Source of the DNA: Psammoneis japonica
Taxonomy: Eukaryota
Length of the DNA: 51,585 bases
Reading direction: 5' to 3'
NCBI GenBank assembly: GCA_008632985.1
Contig: QPGO01000065.1
Coordinates: 372,001-423,585 of the forward strand
The notes under the pieces are model-generated. The model made no database searches and was not told where the DNA came from. It was given only the letters and a program-made list of their open reading frames with translations. Numbering within the stretch: position 1 is the stretch's first letter; each line of letters opens with the position of its first letter. The position numbers were made by a program, and so were the translations under genes. Shown piece after piece: positions 11,751-23,404 of this stretch.

Positions 11751-12442
11751 GACTCTGTCCAAACACTGTCACAGGTGTGATCATGCCCACGTCACGCAGG
11801 CTTTTATGATGACATCACAGGTCACACCCGCAATGTTCTGTCCAAACACATTCGCACGTGTGATGGTGCCTCGTGGACATTGATCGAATGATTCAAACTT
11901 GCAGCACGCGAAGCAATGCCAGATGCAACATGAATGAACCAGCGACAACAACACGACGAGAGCGACATGACCATGACGACGAAAACGCAACCACGAGGCA
12001 ACAATGAGCCATGCGAAGGACACCTGTTGATAAAAAAATCATGCTTGTGCACAACTTGTGGCCAAATCAGTTGTCTGTAAGAGTGCACGACATGAATTTA
12101 TTTTAAGAAACTGTTTGGCAAAATGGTTGTGTCAGAAGAGTCCAGAATGGCACACAAAGCCCTTCAAAGACAACAAGCGGCTCATGCATGGTCTCATGTG
12201 GTTGCCTCATGTGACACACAGCCACACGTGCTTTGGACGCATCAAAAAACGATGCACATCGGTTGTTTTCGTGTTTCGTCGGTGGGGCATGATGTTGGGG
12301 CATGATGTTTCCGAGTTGGCATGGCCTAAAATTGCGTCATGCATGGGGCCAGTGACCACCAATTTTTTTGAAGAGGCTCATTTTAGGCGCTGTGACGTCA
12401 GGCATGATCACACGCATGACACGACAGTGTTTGGACAGGGTC
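11751..12442. mobile_element. Non-autonomous TIR element (MITE-like, about 690 bp)
   Basis: The left end gactctgtccaaacactgtc..gtgtgatcatgcc..acgtcac matches the reverse complement of the right end gtgacgt..ggcatgatcacac..gacagtgtttggacagggtc (19/20 in the outer 20 bp). No clean TSD. Confidence 0.75.
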
Positions 12443-12480
12443 CAAAACAACAAACGAAGCAGCAGCAGCACCGGTGTCAT

Positions 12481-12846
12481 CCCTGCTTGTGCGCACGAAC
12501 CACCTGGTGGTCCGTGTGCATTTTTGGGTGCACAGGAACCCACCTGGTGGTTCGTGTGCACCCTGCGCAAAATGCTGCGTAGATTTGCACCGAATTAAAT
12601 CTGAGTGCCTGCATCTGCAGTGGGCTCTGCGTGAAAACGCACTCGAAACAGTGTCCACCGAGCCGGCAGTCATGTGCCGGAACGTCGTGAAAAGCATTTC
12701 ATGTCTGAGAAAGAGTTCGTCAGGGCCGGCGAACAACACCCCTCTACGATGCGACTGGTATAAAATGCACATAAATGCACAGGAACCAGCATGTGGTTCG
12801 TGTGCAAATTCACGGACCACCAGGTGGTTCGTGTGCACAAGCAGGG
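12481..12846. mobile_element. piggyBac-like MITE (366 bp)
   Basis: 36-bp TIRs with one mismatch (ccctgcttgtgcgcacgaaccacctggtggtccgtg / cacggaccaccaggtggttcgtgtgcacaagcaggg), CCC...GGG termini, a 4-bp direct repeat tcat on both flanks (12477-12480 and 12847-12850), and internal repeats of gaacc..tggttcgtgtgca. Confidence 0.85.
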
Positions 12847-14449
12847 TCATTCCGCATCTCACGTTTTGCCATGTCATCCAATCAAAAAAGTTCATTGTTA
12901 ATGACAAGCATCGTCAATTGCAAAAGCGTCGTCATAACGGATCCTCGTAGCTCCATCAATTCAACGAAAACAAGTTGAACTTCATACAGCCAGAGATGTT
13001 TCTCTCAATTTCAGCAGTTTTCCGTCCCAGCTCCATGATGCCACGTGTAAAAATTAACCCCCCGTTTTTAACCAAATACCCACCTCGATCGACTAACAAT
13101 ATTCAGATACGAAGTTCATGACCCTTTTGGGGGCCTAGAATGGGGGTGAACGTTAGTTACTAACCAATCACTGAAAATCGTCCCTCGTACTTGCCCGTGT
13201 AATAAAGGTGCTACACGAAAAGTTGGTTCTATTTTGAAATACCAGATACCATGAACAATACATACCTATTACATTCTCGCAAGACATCGGTTTAATGAGG
13301 ATGAGACCGATAATGCTCATATCTTGTGTATTTTGTTGCTCTAGCAGGGGTCAAAGTCTAGCTAAAACTTCCAAAAAATTCGAGTCGAGTGGGTCATACG
13401 GGATTCAAGACACGTGACTCGCTGTACGATGAAGTGAAATTGACCCGTTCTCGACACCGAGATTAGATGATAACATCATCACAAACCGATTTTATGGCCA
13501 TGTTCTACTTTCTAATTTGTCTTTGACCTCGTGACAACTATATCTGACCTCTTTCATGCTATAAATGGGTGAAGCAATCCACGAATACTCATTCACAAGC
13601 CACACTTTTCTATTTTCAGATTTGACATTTGTGTCTTTGCGATCAATCTAGAGTATATACAAGCCAGGAAGGAGCTCTATTCACTATTATTTATCATTCT
13701 ATAGAAGAACAGCATCAGAATATTTTGCCAACCATGTTTGACTGCTTTTTTTCTTGAACCGTACGCCAACTTCATTCTTCATTTTCACTCTCATCCGCCC
13801 GACTCTCTCCCATTCAAGAATGCTTGGCTGAATGCATTACAGTTGCTTTATCAAAGTCTTCAAAAATAATCGTCTGGTCAATACCATTAGTCAAATGGGT
13901 TTGACGATGTGACGACGACGTTATATTCGTCGATGTGCTCATGCTAGGAAAGACAACAAGAATTGGCTGCATCCGCAAGAAAGTTGAGTGAGTCAACAAG
14001 TGGTGAGCCTTGGATACATTGATAGCACCATTTTGATTTTCAATTTACTTGCCTTTTTAAAAACTCGGACTTTAACTCAGTGGGTGCCGAATATCCGGCA
14101 AATGGTGAGTTGATGCGTCGTCTGCATGCAACATGGCGTCACGAACGGGTGCAACGGCATGTTTGCATAAAACTCGACTCTCCGCCGTTCTCTGATGGTC
14201 CCTTTACAACCCCAAACGAAAGATAGTGTAATAAACCTGCTGTAGTAATGGGACTAAAACCGACGATTGTTTAGACACCTTATCTACCGCGTCAATGTCA
14301 TCGTCGGCTCCTGCGGTTTTTTGACAAGTTCTCCGTGTTGTCACCGCGGTGATGGTCTGTACGAACATCCGGAGCGCGCCTGCCATGCCAGTTTGAAGTT
14401 ACTTAAGGCCTGGGTCTCATAGCAGTGACAAGGACGAACAATGCCATAC

Positions 14450-16110
14450 AGCTTTCATCCAAAGCCTCCTCTTCTTTGAGTGAAACCCACGACGGTCAAG
14501 AAGAAACGCAAGCGTCTACAAAAGCAGAGTCGTGCCATGGATGCTACCGAGAGCGACGAGAGCGACGACTCCTTCATCCATTCCGCCATGGATCTTAGTA
14601 GCGAGCATGAAATGATTTTTTCGACAAGTGCTATGCCGTCCAGCACAAGTCAGCCGTCAAGAAAAGCACAAGGCACAAGCACACGGATAACGAGAAGGAT
14701 GAAGAGGCTGTTGTTCGTTGTTTCGTCGACCACGACTCACTCGTGACATTGCCTCTTTGAACTTTGAACGAAATGGGTCGTCTATCGTGTCTCCCAAGGA
14801 TGCAGCAGTGGAAGAAACCAATTTGGGGTCGGCTCTTGACGAGACTACTACTACTGCTAGCAGCAAACCTTCCGCAACTATTTTCAGTTACTTTTCCAAA
14901 GCTACAAGAAAACAAGAAAGTACTACAGCTGCTGCTATGGAGGATACCGCTACACTACCAACAATTCAGACAACATGCCCAAAGAACCCTCTCGGCTCAA
15001 GCAAACCATGGATGGATTTTCGGAACACTTTTTGGGATTTAAGCGACGCGATGCTCACGAATTCATGTCGGAACTGATTGATGGAATGCATCAATAAGAA
15101 GTAGATGCCGGTAAAATAGTAGTGGCTGCGGGGGTGGTGGTGGTGAGAAGGAAAATGGCATACTACACGTGATGAGAGTCGTGGGGACAAGACAGAAGTG
15201 TTGGAAACAACGTAGGATACTACTACGGTGGGGGGCAAGAGTGGTGGTGGGATGGAGAAAGGAGAAAGAGGACAAAACGGCGGACGACAAGGACAATACG
15301 GAAAAAAGTAGATAACTGGTTGGAACCGTCCGTGGTGCATGACTACTTTGGTTTGGTCGTCAAGGTTTTGCTCACGTGTGGTTCGTGTGGATACACCAGG
15401 TACGACAAATGAATTGGATCTTGACTCTATCTTGCTATGGCTATCATCGCGTTACAAAATGCTTTCCTTCTTTCTCTCTTTATAGATGCAAGAAAGAAAT
15501 GTACCGTCACTTATCGATTTTTTCTCTTGCAACGAGGGGCGCCAAGTCACGTTCGAAAAGTGTAAGGCGGTACGACGGCGATGCAAACCATGGATATTGT
15601 GTCAAGGGCAATGTCTGTAGCTCTGGAATCTTCTTTTTGCGCACATGACACTCACACTGCTTTTTTCTGACAGACCAAAGTGGTGTTTTTGCTTCATCTC
15701 AAGCGATTTGCCATGGTTGAAAAGCCGAGACGACCCGCCGCAGCAAGGGTGAGAATAAGGAGAATCAACCGCCGCCCGAATTGACGATTCGTTAAAATCG
15801 GGTACGATGCACAGAATTGCAATTTCTTTTTTGTTGCCGGTCAAGTCTACTATCGAGTGAGTGTTTCATCCCACAGGCCCCTGTCGACATTCCGGTAGAA
15901 GTGTCGCTGGACTCCTTTTACAGCAACGACGTGAACGACGACGACAAGGTAGTATCTCACATGTAAGCGTCGCCCTTTCAACTCTTTTCGGTGGTGCACC
16001 ACATTGGAAGAACGGTCTTTTCGGGGCTTTAGACGGTGAATGCACGTGGCGTGGGTGGCCAAGTTGTGACCTTTGATGACACCAACACGGGCAAGACGGC
16101 ACCGAATGCA
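14450..16110 (+). pseudogene. Ubiquitin-specific protease (peptidase C19) pseudogene
   Basis: HFLGFKRRDAHEFMSELID (about 15025-15080), VHDYFGLVVKVLLTCGSCGYT[intron]CKKEMYRHLSI, LHLKRF (about 15692) and a His box SVVHHIGRTVFSGL*T...VTFDD with the catalytic His and following Tyr destroyed. Stops and frameshifts are present and no Cys box was seen. The 5' limit is uncertain. Confidence 0.85.
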
Positions 16111-16752
16111 CATTGAAGCAATAGATGCAACGCGGACCGAACAGGTTCTTTTTCAGGACACCCCAGTAAACCCCACGAGACTGGCTACTTGCCTACTAGT
16201 ACTCGAGAAACCCCATACAGGGGCTGATAGGACAAAACCAGATGAACTCTATCCGGCTGCGACTTGCAAGCAGATTCACCAGGCTCTCGCAATGACAAGT
16301 GCTCCTCTGTTTCTTGCCTCTTCTGACAACATCGATAGTAGGCTACTAGCAAAACAAATAGGGCCATAAGAAAAGTTTGAAAGAGTTGTACTAGCTATTT
16401 GTAGGGCAATGATACCGAGAACGTTTGGCCTGAAGTTGTTGTGGTAGTAGAAGTTGTAAGACGATAACACGTAGGAAGCACCAATAGTACAAATCATCAC
16501 CTGTTGGTATCGCAACAGTTGATCACGTCATGAGTCTCCGAAACGGTGTTGACATTGGCGCCGAGGGATGCTAAACGATGTTTTGGTCAGGTTTCGATAA
16601 CAGAAAAAAAACGTGTCCCGGTTTTGTGATCTCTGGGACCTACGTAGAAACCACGTAGCCACCAGTGCTCATGTCATCTTCCACGCTTTGCTCTTTCCCA
16701 CTCCATCTCACAAAACGGACAACTCGTCTTTTGTTGTCATCAAGCATCAACC

Positions 16753-18092
16753 ATGTTGATCTCCCTCATGATCTTTATTGTTCTCTTTGCGACCATCCTT
16801 GCCGGTGGCGTTGCTTTTATCGGCAATGTTGACATTGCCGCATTCTCGGTTTTCGTTGCTTTGAAGTCGATTTCGAAGAAGCTTTTCGACGATGAACAAG
16901 TCGGCACGTTTCAACTTGATCTGGCCCCGACTGTTCAAGAAGTTCTTTCGATTGTTCCGTGTTCCAATGGCAACACTGTCTTCTTCAAGTTGACCGCACC
17001 TTGGTTCAAATGTTGCGTTCAGAATCTTGCTCGTTTTGTGGTCAAGACTCGTGTTGAGAAAATCTACGTTTTTCCTGCCGCCGCCAACGAAGCCACCACG
17101 CAAGCCGTTGCGGAAATCCTTCCCACCTGCACGCAGAAAATGGTTGCTGCTGTGTCTGGAATGATCCAAATTGCTGCCATTTCTTGTTCTACAAACTCGG
17201 TTCTCGTTGAGCTTGTGTTCAAGCCTTCCTCCTCCGACTCGCGTCCTGACGATTTCGAAGAAGTCGTGATTGACAACCTCAAGAAGAAGCTTCGTATTTT
17301 CGCTCCAGGCATTCAAGCGAATGTTTTGCTCAAGAGCAGCAACACGTCCTCGGGTCCATCCATTGATGTGATGGTGATCCTCGAGCTGTCAACATGCGAC
17401 TTTGCCACGAATGTGGAAACACCCAACCAAAGATGCAACGTTGTGTTCAATCGGAAAAAGTGCACGCCCTCCCTCCCATTCGATGCGAGCTTCACGCTCA
17501 ACACTCAAGCTCGTCCAATCCGCGGAACACCACCCATCCGATTGCTCTCATCGAGGCTCCATCGCCTGTTTTGTCAACCACGATTGTCCATTCCGTGCCT
17601 GCAGCCTTCAACATGGTTAACGAAAAGGTGAGCACGCTCAAAACAATCCAGCACGCTTTTCGAAACATCCTACAATGTGTTGCCACAATGAACGCTGCTG
17701 CTGCAACTGTTCAGGTCGCCTTCCAAAGCTTCATTGTCAAGCGCTGCAACCACGACAAGAAACTCGCCGCCGTCGTGAGGATCCAGGTCGCTTGCCGAAA
17801 ACATTGCGCTTTCCGAAACATCCTGCAGCGAGTTGCCGCGATGAACGGTGCTGCTGCAACTGTCCAGGTCACCTTCCAAAGCTTCATTGCAAAGAGTCGC
17901 AAACACGAGAAGAAAGTCGCCGCCGTTGTGAGGATCCAGGTGGCTTGCCGACAACATCGCACCCGTGTCAAGAACAAGGAGAAGTTGAACCATTTCAGAA
18001 GCCTTTTCAAACTCCACTGTTGGAGGGATGCCGGTGGCGTTTTCAGCACCCATCATCCTGTGATTTTTATGAATTCTCGACTCCCTGCTTGA
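16753..18092 (+). pseudogene. IQ-motif-containing orphan gene (frameshift near 17530, TA-hypermutated)
   Basis: N-terminal hydrophobic segment. The second frame has IQ-like motifs TIQHAFRN, VQVAFQSF, VRIQVACRKH and VRIQVACRQHRTR within a 153-bp internal tandem duplication (17661/17814). Confidence 0.6.
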
Positions 18093-18132
18093 ATGGCACA
18101 GACAAAGAGAGTGAGTGCAACGACGACTTGGC

Positions 18133-18664
18133 AATGAAAATGCCCGCCAAGAAAAGCACCGTGGAAAGCATTGCAGTGATTGCCGAGACAATCCAAACAC
18201 TTCTCGCAGCAAGCAACAGGATTCCGCCGCTCCAAACACAGCCTGAAACAAGCACTCCGTCGCTCCACGACCAACCTGGAACAAGCTCGTCGCAAGCCAA
18301 AAAGCCGTCTTTGAATGAAGAGCGCAAGTCATTGAAACGTTGCATTGAAGCCGAGGAAGCTCCAAGAAAGAGGAGAAAGCTTGAGTTCCACGAGCCCGGC
18401 AAACCAAATCCGTTCGCTCTTGAGTTGCTTCGACGAAAGAAAGCACCAACACCCCGTCATCAGCTCAAGCGGTCCCCTCCCAAGTCCAATGAGAATGTCA
18501 AAAAGAACATTCAAACAATGAAACGGAAGTCCATTGAAAAGATCCGACGCCAGAGGAAATGTGAGCGGATGTGCAAGCTTCGTGGCATTGGAGTCAAAAC
18601 ATTGAAGACTGGCGACCCTGTGAACGCAGAGGAGGAGGATGCAATGGAGAGTGAGATGTTGTGA
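18133..18664 (+). CDS. Small basic orphan protein (probably a mutated relic)
   Basis: Lys/Arg-rich ORF MKMPAKKS...MESEML with NLS-like PRKRRKL. No Tyr, and RKCERMCKLRG reads like RKYERMYKLRG. Confidence 0.4.
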
Positions 18665-20339
18665 AGGTTTGCGTGGAGCTTGTCTAACCGCTCTTCTTTC
18701 TCACCTCTGGAATCGCGGAATGTGCCCAAGAACTCAAACGAGGTCGGTGTCTCTGATGCCCGAACCACACTGTGCTAAGTTGGTGCGACTCACAGTGACG
18801 ATTCTGTCGAGTCGCGCAGCCCATCGGTTCCGAGAGTTCATGCGATCTGTCACGCATCCCAGGGGAGGAAGAGAGCATGAAAGACAAGCTCCACAATCGT
18901 CAGATTAATGACAAGAAATCATCACAAATGAACATGTGTTCAAAGAATGCACCGCTTGGCACCACGCACCCTGTTGATTGTCACCTAGAGATGCTCGTTG
19001 ATGAGACACAATGTGCACTGTTCGAGTGCTGCTCATCGTCAAAACAGCGACTCAATGTCACTGACAAAGGCATTAGAAAGCGATTGCGAGTCATTCATTT
19101 GCTTCGTTGCAGTGGTCCCGTCCAGCACGGTCCAGCTGCCAAGTGCCATGGCAAGAGGTCCCACATTGCCATGCTTGGTGTCCTCGTGACGGAGATGACA
19201 CACTCCCTGCTTCATCTGCCAGGCTCCAAGAGAAGTGGAATGATGGTTTTTGAGCTGTTTAAGTCCACAGATCTTTTGTGATGCTCCCGGTTCGACACTT
19301 CAATGCGAAAGAGTTGTCACGCCATCGGTTCGGAGTCATGTGGAAACAGGCTTTTGTCCCTCTTGAGAGCCAGACAGTGCCCAAGCCTTGGCAAATCACC
19401 CCAACAGCTAACATTCCCCTCTGCCGAAATGCATGTGCTGCTGCAGCTTTAGAAATCGGAATTTGCTTCACGTTCTTGGTCCCAGACACGATGCGTTTAC
19501 AAGCAGCAAGATTGCCGAAAAGTGTCCCACTCGAAGATGGGGTCAACAGTCAAGTTTCCACACCCCTCTTTGTCGCAAATTCCACAAGAAATGGACCACT
19601 GGGTCGCCAAGTGCAGAAGCGTCGGACAGGAGCCCAAACAAGAATAGGACGCACGGTCGTTGCCTGACAGTGGCGACCCGATTCTAGGTGGACCTGCACG
19701 TCCACCACCCAAAACCCACGAGTGCCTTCAGAGGGTCACGCAATCCTCCGAGGCCGACTGCCCCATCTTGATGCCATTCAATGTCCCAACCCCAACGAAG
19801 CTCGCAGTCCCAGCAGACAAATCGATCCACTGGCCTCTCCCTCCTCCCACGCCTCCATTCAATGATCATCTGATTGCCGAGAAAGCCTTGACAACAAAGA
19901 AAGACGGTTGGCAGAGCAACCAAAAGCAGGTAAAACGTTTGGCAAGCATTCACCCAACCCGGCGAAGCACTGACTCGAACGGCGGCGACAGCAGCTCGCA
20001 TTCTCCAAACAAGACATCTCTTGGCCAAGAACTCTTTTTTCCTGCTTCCACACTGCGATTTCGGGTGTCGCTCTCCAGTGTGCATCAAAACACAGCACAA
20101 CAATCCGCAATTCTACCATGGAAGAGAATCTCGCATTGAACGGATTGAACGTGTGTTGCACTTCTACTTGCAGCGAGTCAAAATTATGCCAAGCCCCACA
20201 CTTGCTCTTGCCGCATGGGCCAAGCCCGTGTCGCGAGCGAGATTGGCCACCACAATGAAACACGACGAGCAAGGCAGGATGTTTCGCTCAATTTTTCAAA
20301 TGTGGACATTGCAACCTTGACGTCAGACACGAAGCAGCT

Positions 20340-20700
20340 CCCGGAGGTTCAATGACTGAGTCTCTCTGGTTGCAAGCAGCTCAAGTCCGTGCCTGCCAAG
20401 ATTTGCTGACGCCAAGCCTTTGAGAAGCTGCACCCATTGCACTCGCCTTCGCTTCCCAACAAGATTGGAGTGCAAAGCCAGCCTTGCGTTCTCGATGTGA
20501 GCACTTGTCACTCGCTCGAGACGTCACTTGCCCGACATTGGCTTGCTGACAGGTCTTGCGGATCTCTGCCTTGTCAACTGCAAACTCACGAGTCTTCCGC
20601 CCGAGATTGGCAGGACGAGTGACTGACTGAGGCACTAGAGCTGCTGTCCATGCCGCCGTTCAACGCATGCAACTTGGCAGGTCCGCTGTTTTGGTCTTGT
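20340..20700 (+). pseudogene. Leucine-rich-repeat gene fragment
   Basis: Frameshifted pieces LSLSGCKQLKSVPAKI*, SLPNKIG..VLDVSTCHSLET and PDIGLLTGLADLCLVNCKLTSLPPEIGR. Confidence 0.75.
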
Positions 20701-22679
20701 TGGGCATTCATGGATTGGTCAAGGTTTGCCGAGTCCCTCTCATACAGAGAGCATGGATGGCACCTTTTGCGTGGCGTCATCCCTGGTCATCCCTCACGAT
20801 GGTTGGTGGCACACAGATTGCATGTGGTGGTGGAAGCAGGTGCAACTGCATCGACTCGCATGTCTCCATCATTCTGGTCTGGTGTGCAGCGACATGGCGT
20901 AAAAGCACTGTGAAACGCGACACGCTGCTGCTCAATTTTGCGACAATGCATTCGCCCGGGGAATCGAGCTCTTTTTTTGTTCTGCATCCGCACCCAAACT
21001 TGTCGAAGTCCATTGGTTCATGCCATCAAGACCGTCCAGTGACACATGATCCACATGCTAAACAAGGACCGAAAGCTCCCGTTGGAAGACGCGCTGCGAT
21101 TCAGAAAAGAATGTTCGGATCCTGCCCCCAGTGTTGTCTGTCGCCCTTCAGCCAAGATTCATTGTGCGCACCTCCCCTAAGGCCATGCCAAGAACTTAAG
21201 AGGCGCAACCAGCGGCATCAAAAAATGGTCCCCATGAGTGCAACAGAGAGGAACTGTGGCTGCCTCCAGCCCAAGGGAGACCCGTTTGTTCGACGTCTCC
21301 ATGAGCACACTCCTCGAACACAAGTCTGGAATGTCATTGAGTGCATGCGATGCAGGTGTGCCTCGCGTTTCCTTTTCATTCGTGCCGGTGTCCAAAGGCA
21401 CAGCTGCTGGCACTCTACTCGAATTTCCGGCACACCCTGCAAGGTCTTGTTGCAAATGCTGTGGCACGATGGGAACAAACAAGTGTTGCCCATGCTCTGG
21501 CTTGTTGTGACGAAATGGCCTCAATGGTTTTGAGCAATGACGAAAACAATGATTCACCGGCATTGACTCGGGCAATCAAAACCAGTGCCCAAACGCCGCG
21601 TCGATCGACATCCCAACGACGACGACTGACTCTCGGCGCTTGCAAATGGGCAGGTGGAGCTGTGTGCATGAGTGCTTGTGAACAGGCAGTTGTTTTAGAG
21701 AGTCGACTCTTTGTGTTGAACACAACATCGTCAAAACACACAGCAGCCCTAGTCGCACCACCGTAGCCCTAAATCTTCTCTAACAGCAGAGGGCCATCTA
21801 CCAGAGCATGGAGCAGGGCCTGCTTGACTGCTTGCTTCCCTTCCTTGTCAATTGCTGGAAAGATTCGCATTGGATGTGCTTCCGCATTGAAGACATGCTT
21901 GTTGTTGGACGGCAAATAGCGGCAGGTACCGTGCATCATTGTTGTATATCTTGTCGCTCGAGACGACGTTGATGCGTGCTCCATGTGCTTGCAAAATCTT
22001 GTCCGCAAAAGTTCAACACTTCTTCCATTTCTTTTCTTGGTTGATGGAGGACGAGTTCCAGGTCTCGAAACTGAAAGCCAATGTTGCAATCACAGAACGA
22101 CTTGCCCGCAATGTCATACCGGTAAGCTTTTTCTCGATGCGATGCTGATGGTGCTTGCATCTTCAATCTGGCATCCTTTTTTTTGTTTGTGCTCTATCGC
22201 GTTCATCTTATCGGTTGTAGGCGTGTGTTCGCCATCATGACAAATATAAAACGTTCGTTACTGTAGCGTTTTTATTATTCAAAGTCATACGCGCTCTTTC
22301 TATACCTTATATATTAATGTTTTTTGAAACACATAAAAATCATTTGATTAGATGGACTGAAATTTTCCAAAGGGGGTACATCACGATTTTTTTCAGTCGG
22401 ACTAATCAAATTCGATTTTATATGCTATACGGCGTATAGGATATAAACTATATCTTCTACGTTGCCAAGAAAGAAGACTTTCATACCAATCTCATTTCCG
22501 GAGATATTGATTGAGACACAGATACGACGCAACGACTCTATCCCCACTCCGCGCGCACTGTGCATGCCGGTAGCAAAAGTTTGAAAGAGTTGTGCTCTCT
22601 AGAGGAGGGAAGACATTTCTACACTTAAAAGGGGGGAAGAAGGGTCATTGCTCTTTGTTACGTTTGCTGTCAGTTGACA

Positions 22680-23025
22680 CTTTCCTCATGGATTCTCATG
22701 GATCCTCTTCCTACAAATCTACGAGCGGAACTGAGTAGGGCGGAGCAAGGTCACTATTACAAAAAGTCATTTTCATATACTGCGTTTGCTTCGTATAAAG
22801 TACGAGAGAAAGTCATTCAATTGAAAAAACGGTCATTTTCTCAGTCATCCACACGAATCCACATGGTATAAATCTACGTACGAGAAATCAACGGTCAATG
22901 CGAAGAGTCATTCTCTAAACTCCGATTCCTTCGTACAATGTACGTGAAAAGTCATTGAAAATTTCAAAATTTCCATGAGGATGACTGAGGATTCGTGAGG
23001 ATCCGTGAGGATCCGTGAGAAAAAA
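22680..23025. mobile_element. Possible degenerate MITE with inverted 10-bp subrepeats (also at about 39379-39725)
   Basis: Left tttcctcatggattctcatggatcctc resembles the reverse complement of right gaggatccgtgaggatccgtgagaaaa. Confidence 0.4.
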
Positions 23026-23404
23026 AACACACGACACAAACCCGACCCCCCAGGTCGCTGTTATGAGCTTAGCATCCAACGCCGTCGCGATCGCTGCTTT
23101 CTGTGGTTGTACTAGTACGTAGGTGTCGTGTGACTGAACCGTCACTTCAGCTGGGATCGAAGACATGTCGAGACCGCGACGCTGTCCCAGCCGACGGACA
23201 GTGGTCCTTGCTACGACAAGAACAAGAAACCCTGCCAAATCACCGATTTCTTTGGATTGTTGGATGCCCCCCAATAGGAAGCGGTGACAGGAGTAGCTGT
23301 GGCCAGTAAGGAGGACAAGATTGATGACTACCAGCTCCATACCTGCCTCAGCAACCTGAGTTCGATACCTTCCACCGATGGCAGCCCAGAGCCCCGCGGG
23401 GTGG

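Larger units (their letters stand above)
10620..12900. other. TpA-depleted domain B (CpG retained)
   Basis: Few TA, mostly in CTAG/TTAG/CTAA/TTAA contexts, while CG remains common. Covers an ankyrin gene and two MITEs. Confidence 0.85.
16670..21760. other. TpA-depleted domain C (CpG retained)
   Basis: Hand count of about 32 TA in 5 kb, versus roughly 50 per kb in a 300-bp sample of the intact gene at 8584. No TA between about 18070 and 18684. Confidence 0.92.

Noticed and set aside
16670..21760. Alternative genetic code, or foreign DNA with intrinsic TA avoidance
   Set aside because: Depletion is frame- and strand-independent, covers non-coding MITEs, and its edges cut through an ORF and a tandem array.
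21769..22166. Possible C-terminal fragment of a diatom LRR-family gene on the minus strand
   Set aside because: Only a vague resemblance (ALLHALVDGPLLL), too weak to call.
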